DNA from: Heteronotia binoei
Lineage: Eukaryota
Assembly: GCF_032191835.1 (NCBI RefSeq)
Contig: NC_083228.1
Coordinates: forward strand, 115,506,001-115,570,000
Direction of reading: 5' to 3'
Length of the DNA stretch: 64,000 nt
Part shown: piece by piece, positions 63,877 to 64,000 of the stretch
Numbering within the stretch: the stretch's first letter is position 1
Layout: each line of letters opens with the position of its first letter
The notes under the pieces: generated by a model
Database searches by the model: none
What the model was told of the DNA's origin: nothing
The model's input: the letters and a program-made list of their open reading frames with translations, nothing else
Translations under genes and position numbers: made by a program

Positions 63877-64000
63877 TAGGGCTTTTTTAATAGCAGGAGC
63901 TCTTTTGCATGTTAGGCCACACACTCCTGATGTAGCCAATCCTCCAAGAGCTTACAGGGCTCTTAGTACAGGGACTTCTGTAAACTCCAGGAGGATTGGC
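63877..64000. mobile_element. hAT-like MITE running off the window
   Basis: TAGGGCTTTTTT terminus and TTTGCATGTTAGGCCACAC shared with the 30481 copy. Confidence 0.65.

Overview
This is a vertebrate genomic window, inferred to be from a gecko because it carries Squam3-like, Sauria and 5S-Sauria-like SINEs, BovB and young L2. It lies entirely inside the IFT80 gene on the minus strand. Eight coding exons are recognisable (probably exons 5-12, 945 bp, about aa 124-438), all with GT-AG boundaries and a continuous reading frame. The introns are packed with mobile DNA: a near full-length L1 (ORF1, ORF2, 778-nt spacer), an older A-rich L1, L2, CR1, a TSD-flanked full-length BovB, Penelope-like elements (PLEs) with GIY-YIG remnants and hammerhead-ribozyme termini, a long-TIR Tc1, pogo/Tigger and hAT MITEs, a probable solo LTR and several SINE families. 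Best leads: (1) an unexplained 182-aa hydrophobic third ORF in the L1 spacer that overlaps the ORF2 start; (2) two core-intact minimal hammerhead ribozymes on the IFT80 sense strand; (3) a TSD-flanked near-perfect 80-bp-arm fold-back insertion; (4) a Tc1 whose interior looks like captured genomic DNA. All family assignments are by eye from recalled consensus sequences, with no database search. There is one 135-N assembly gap.
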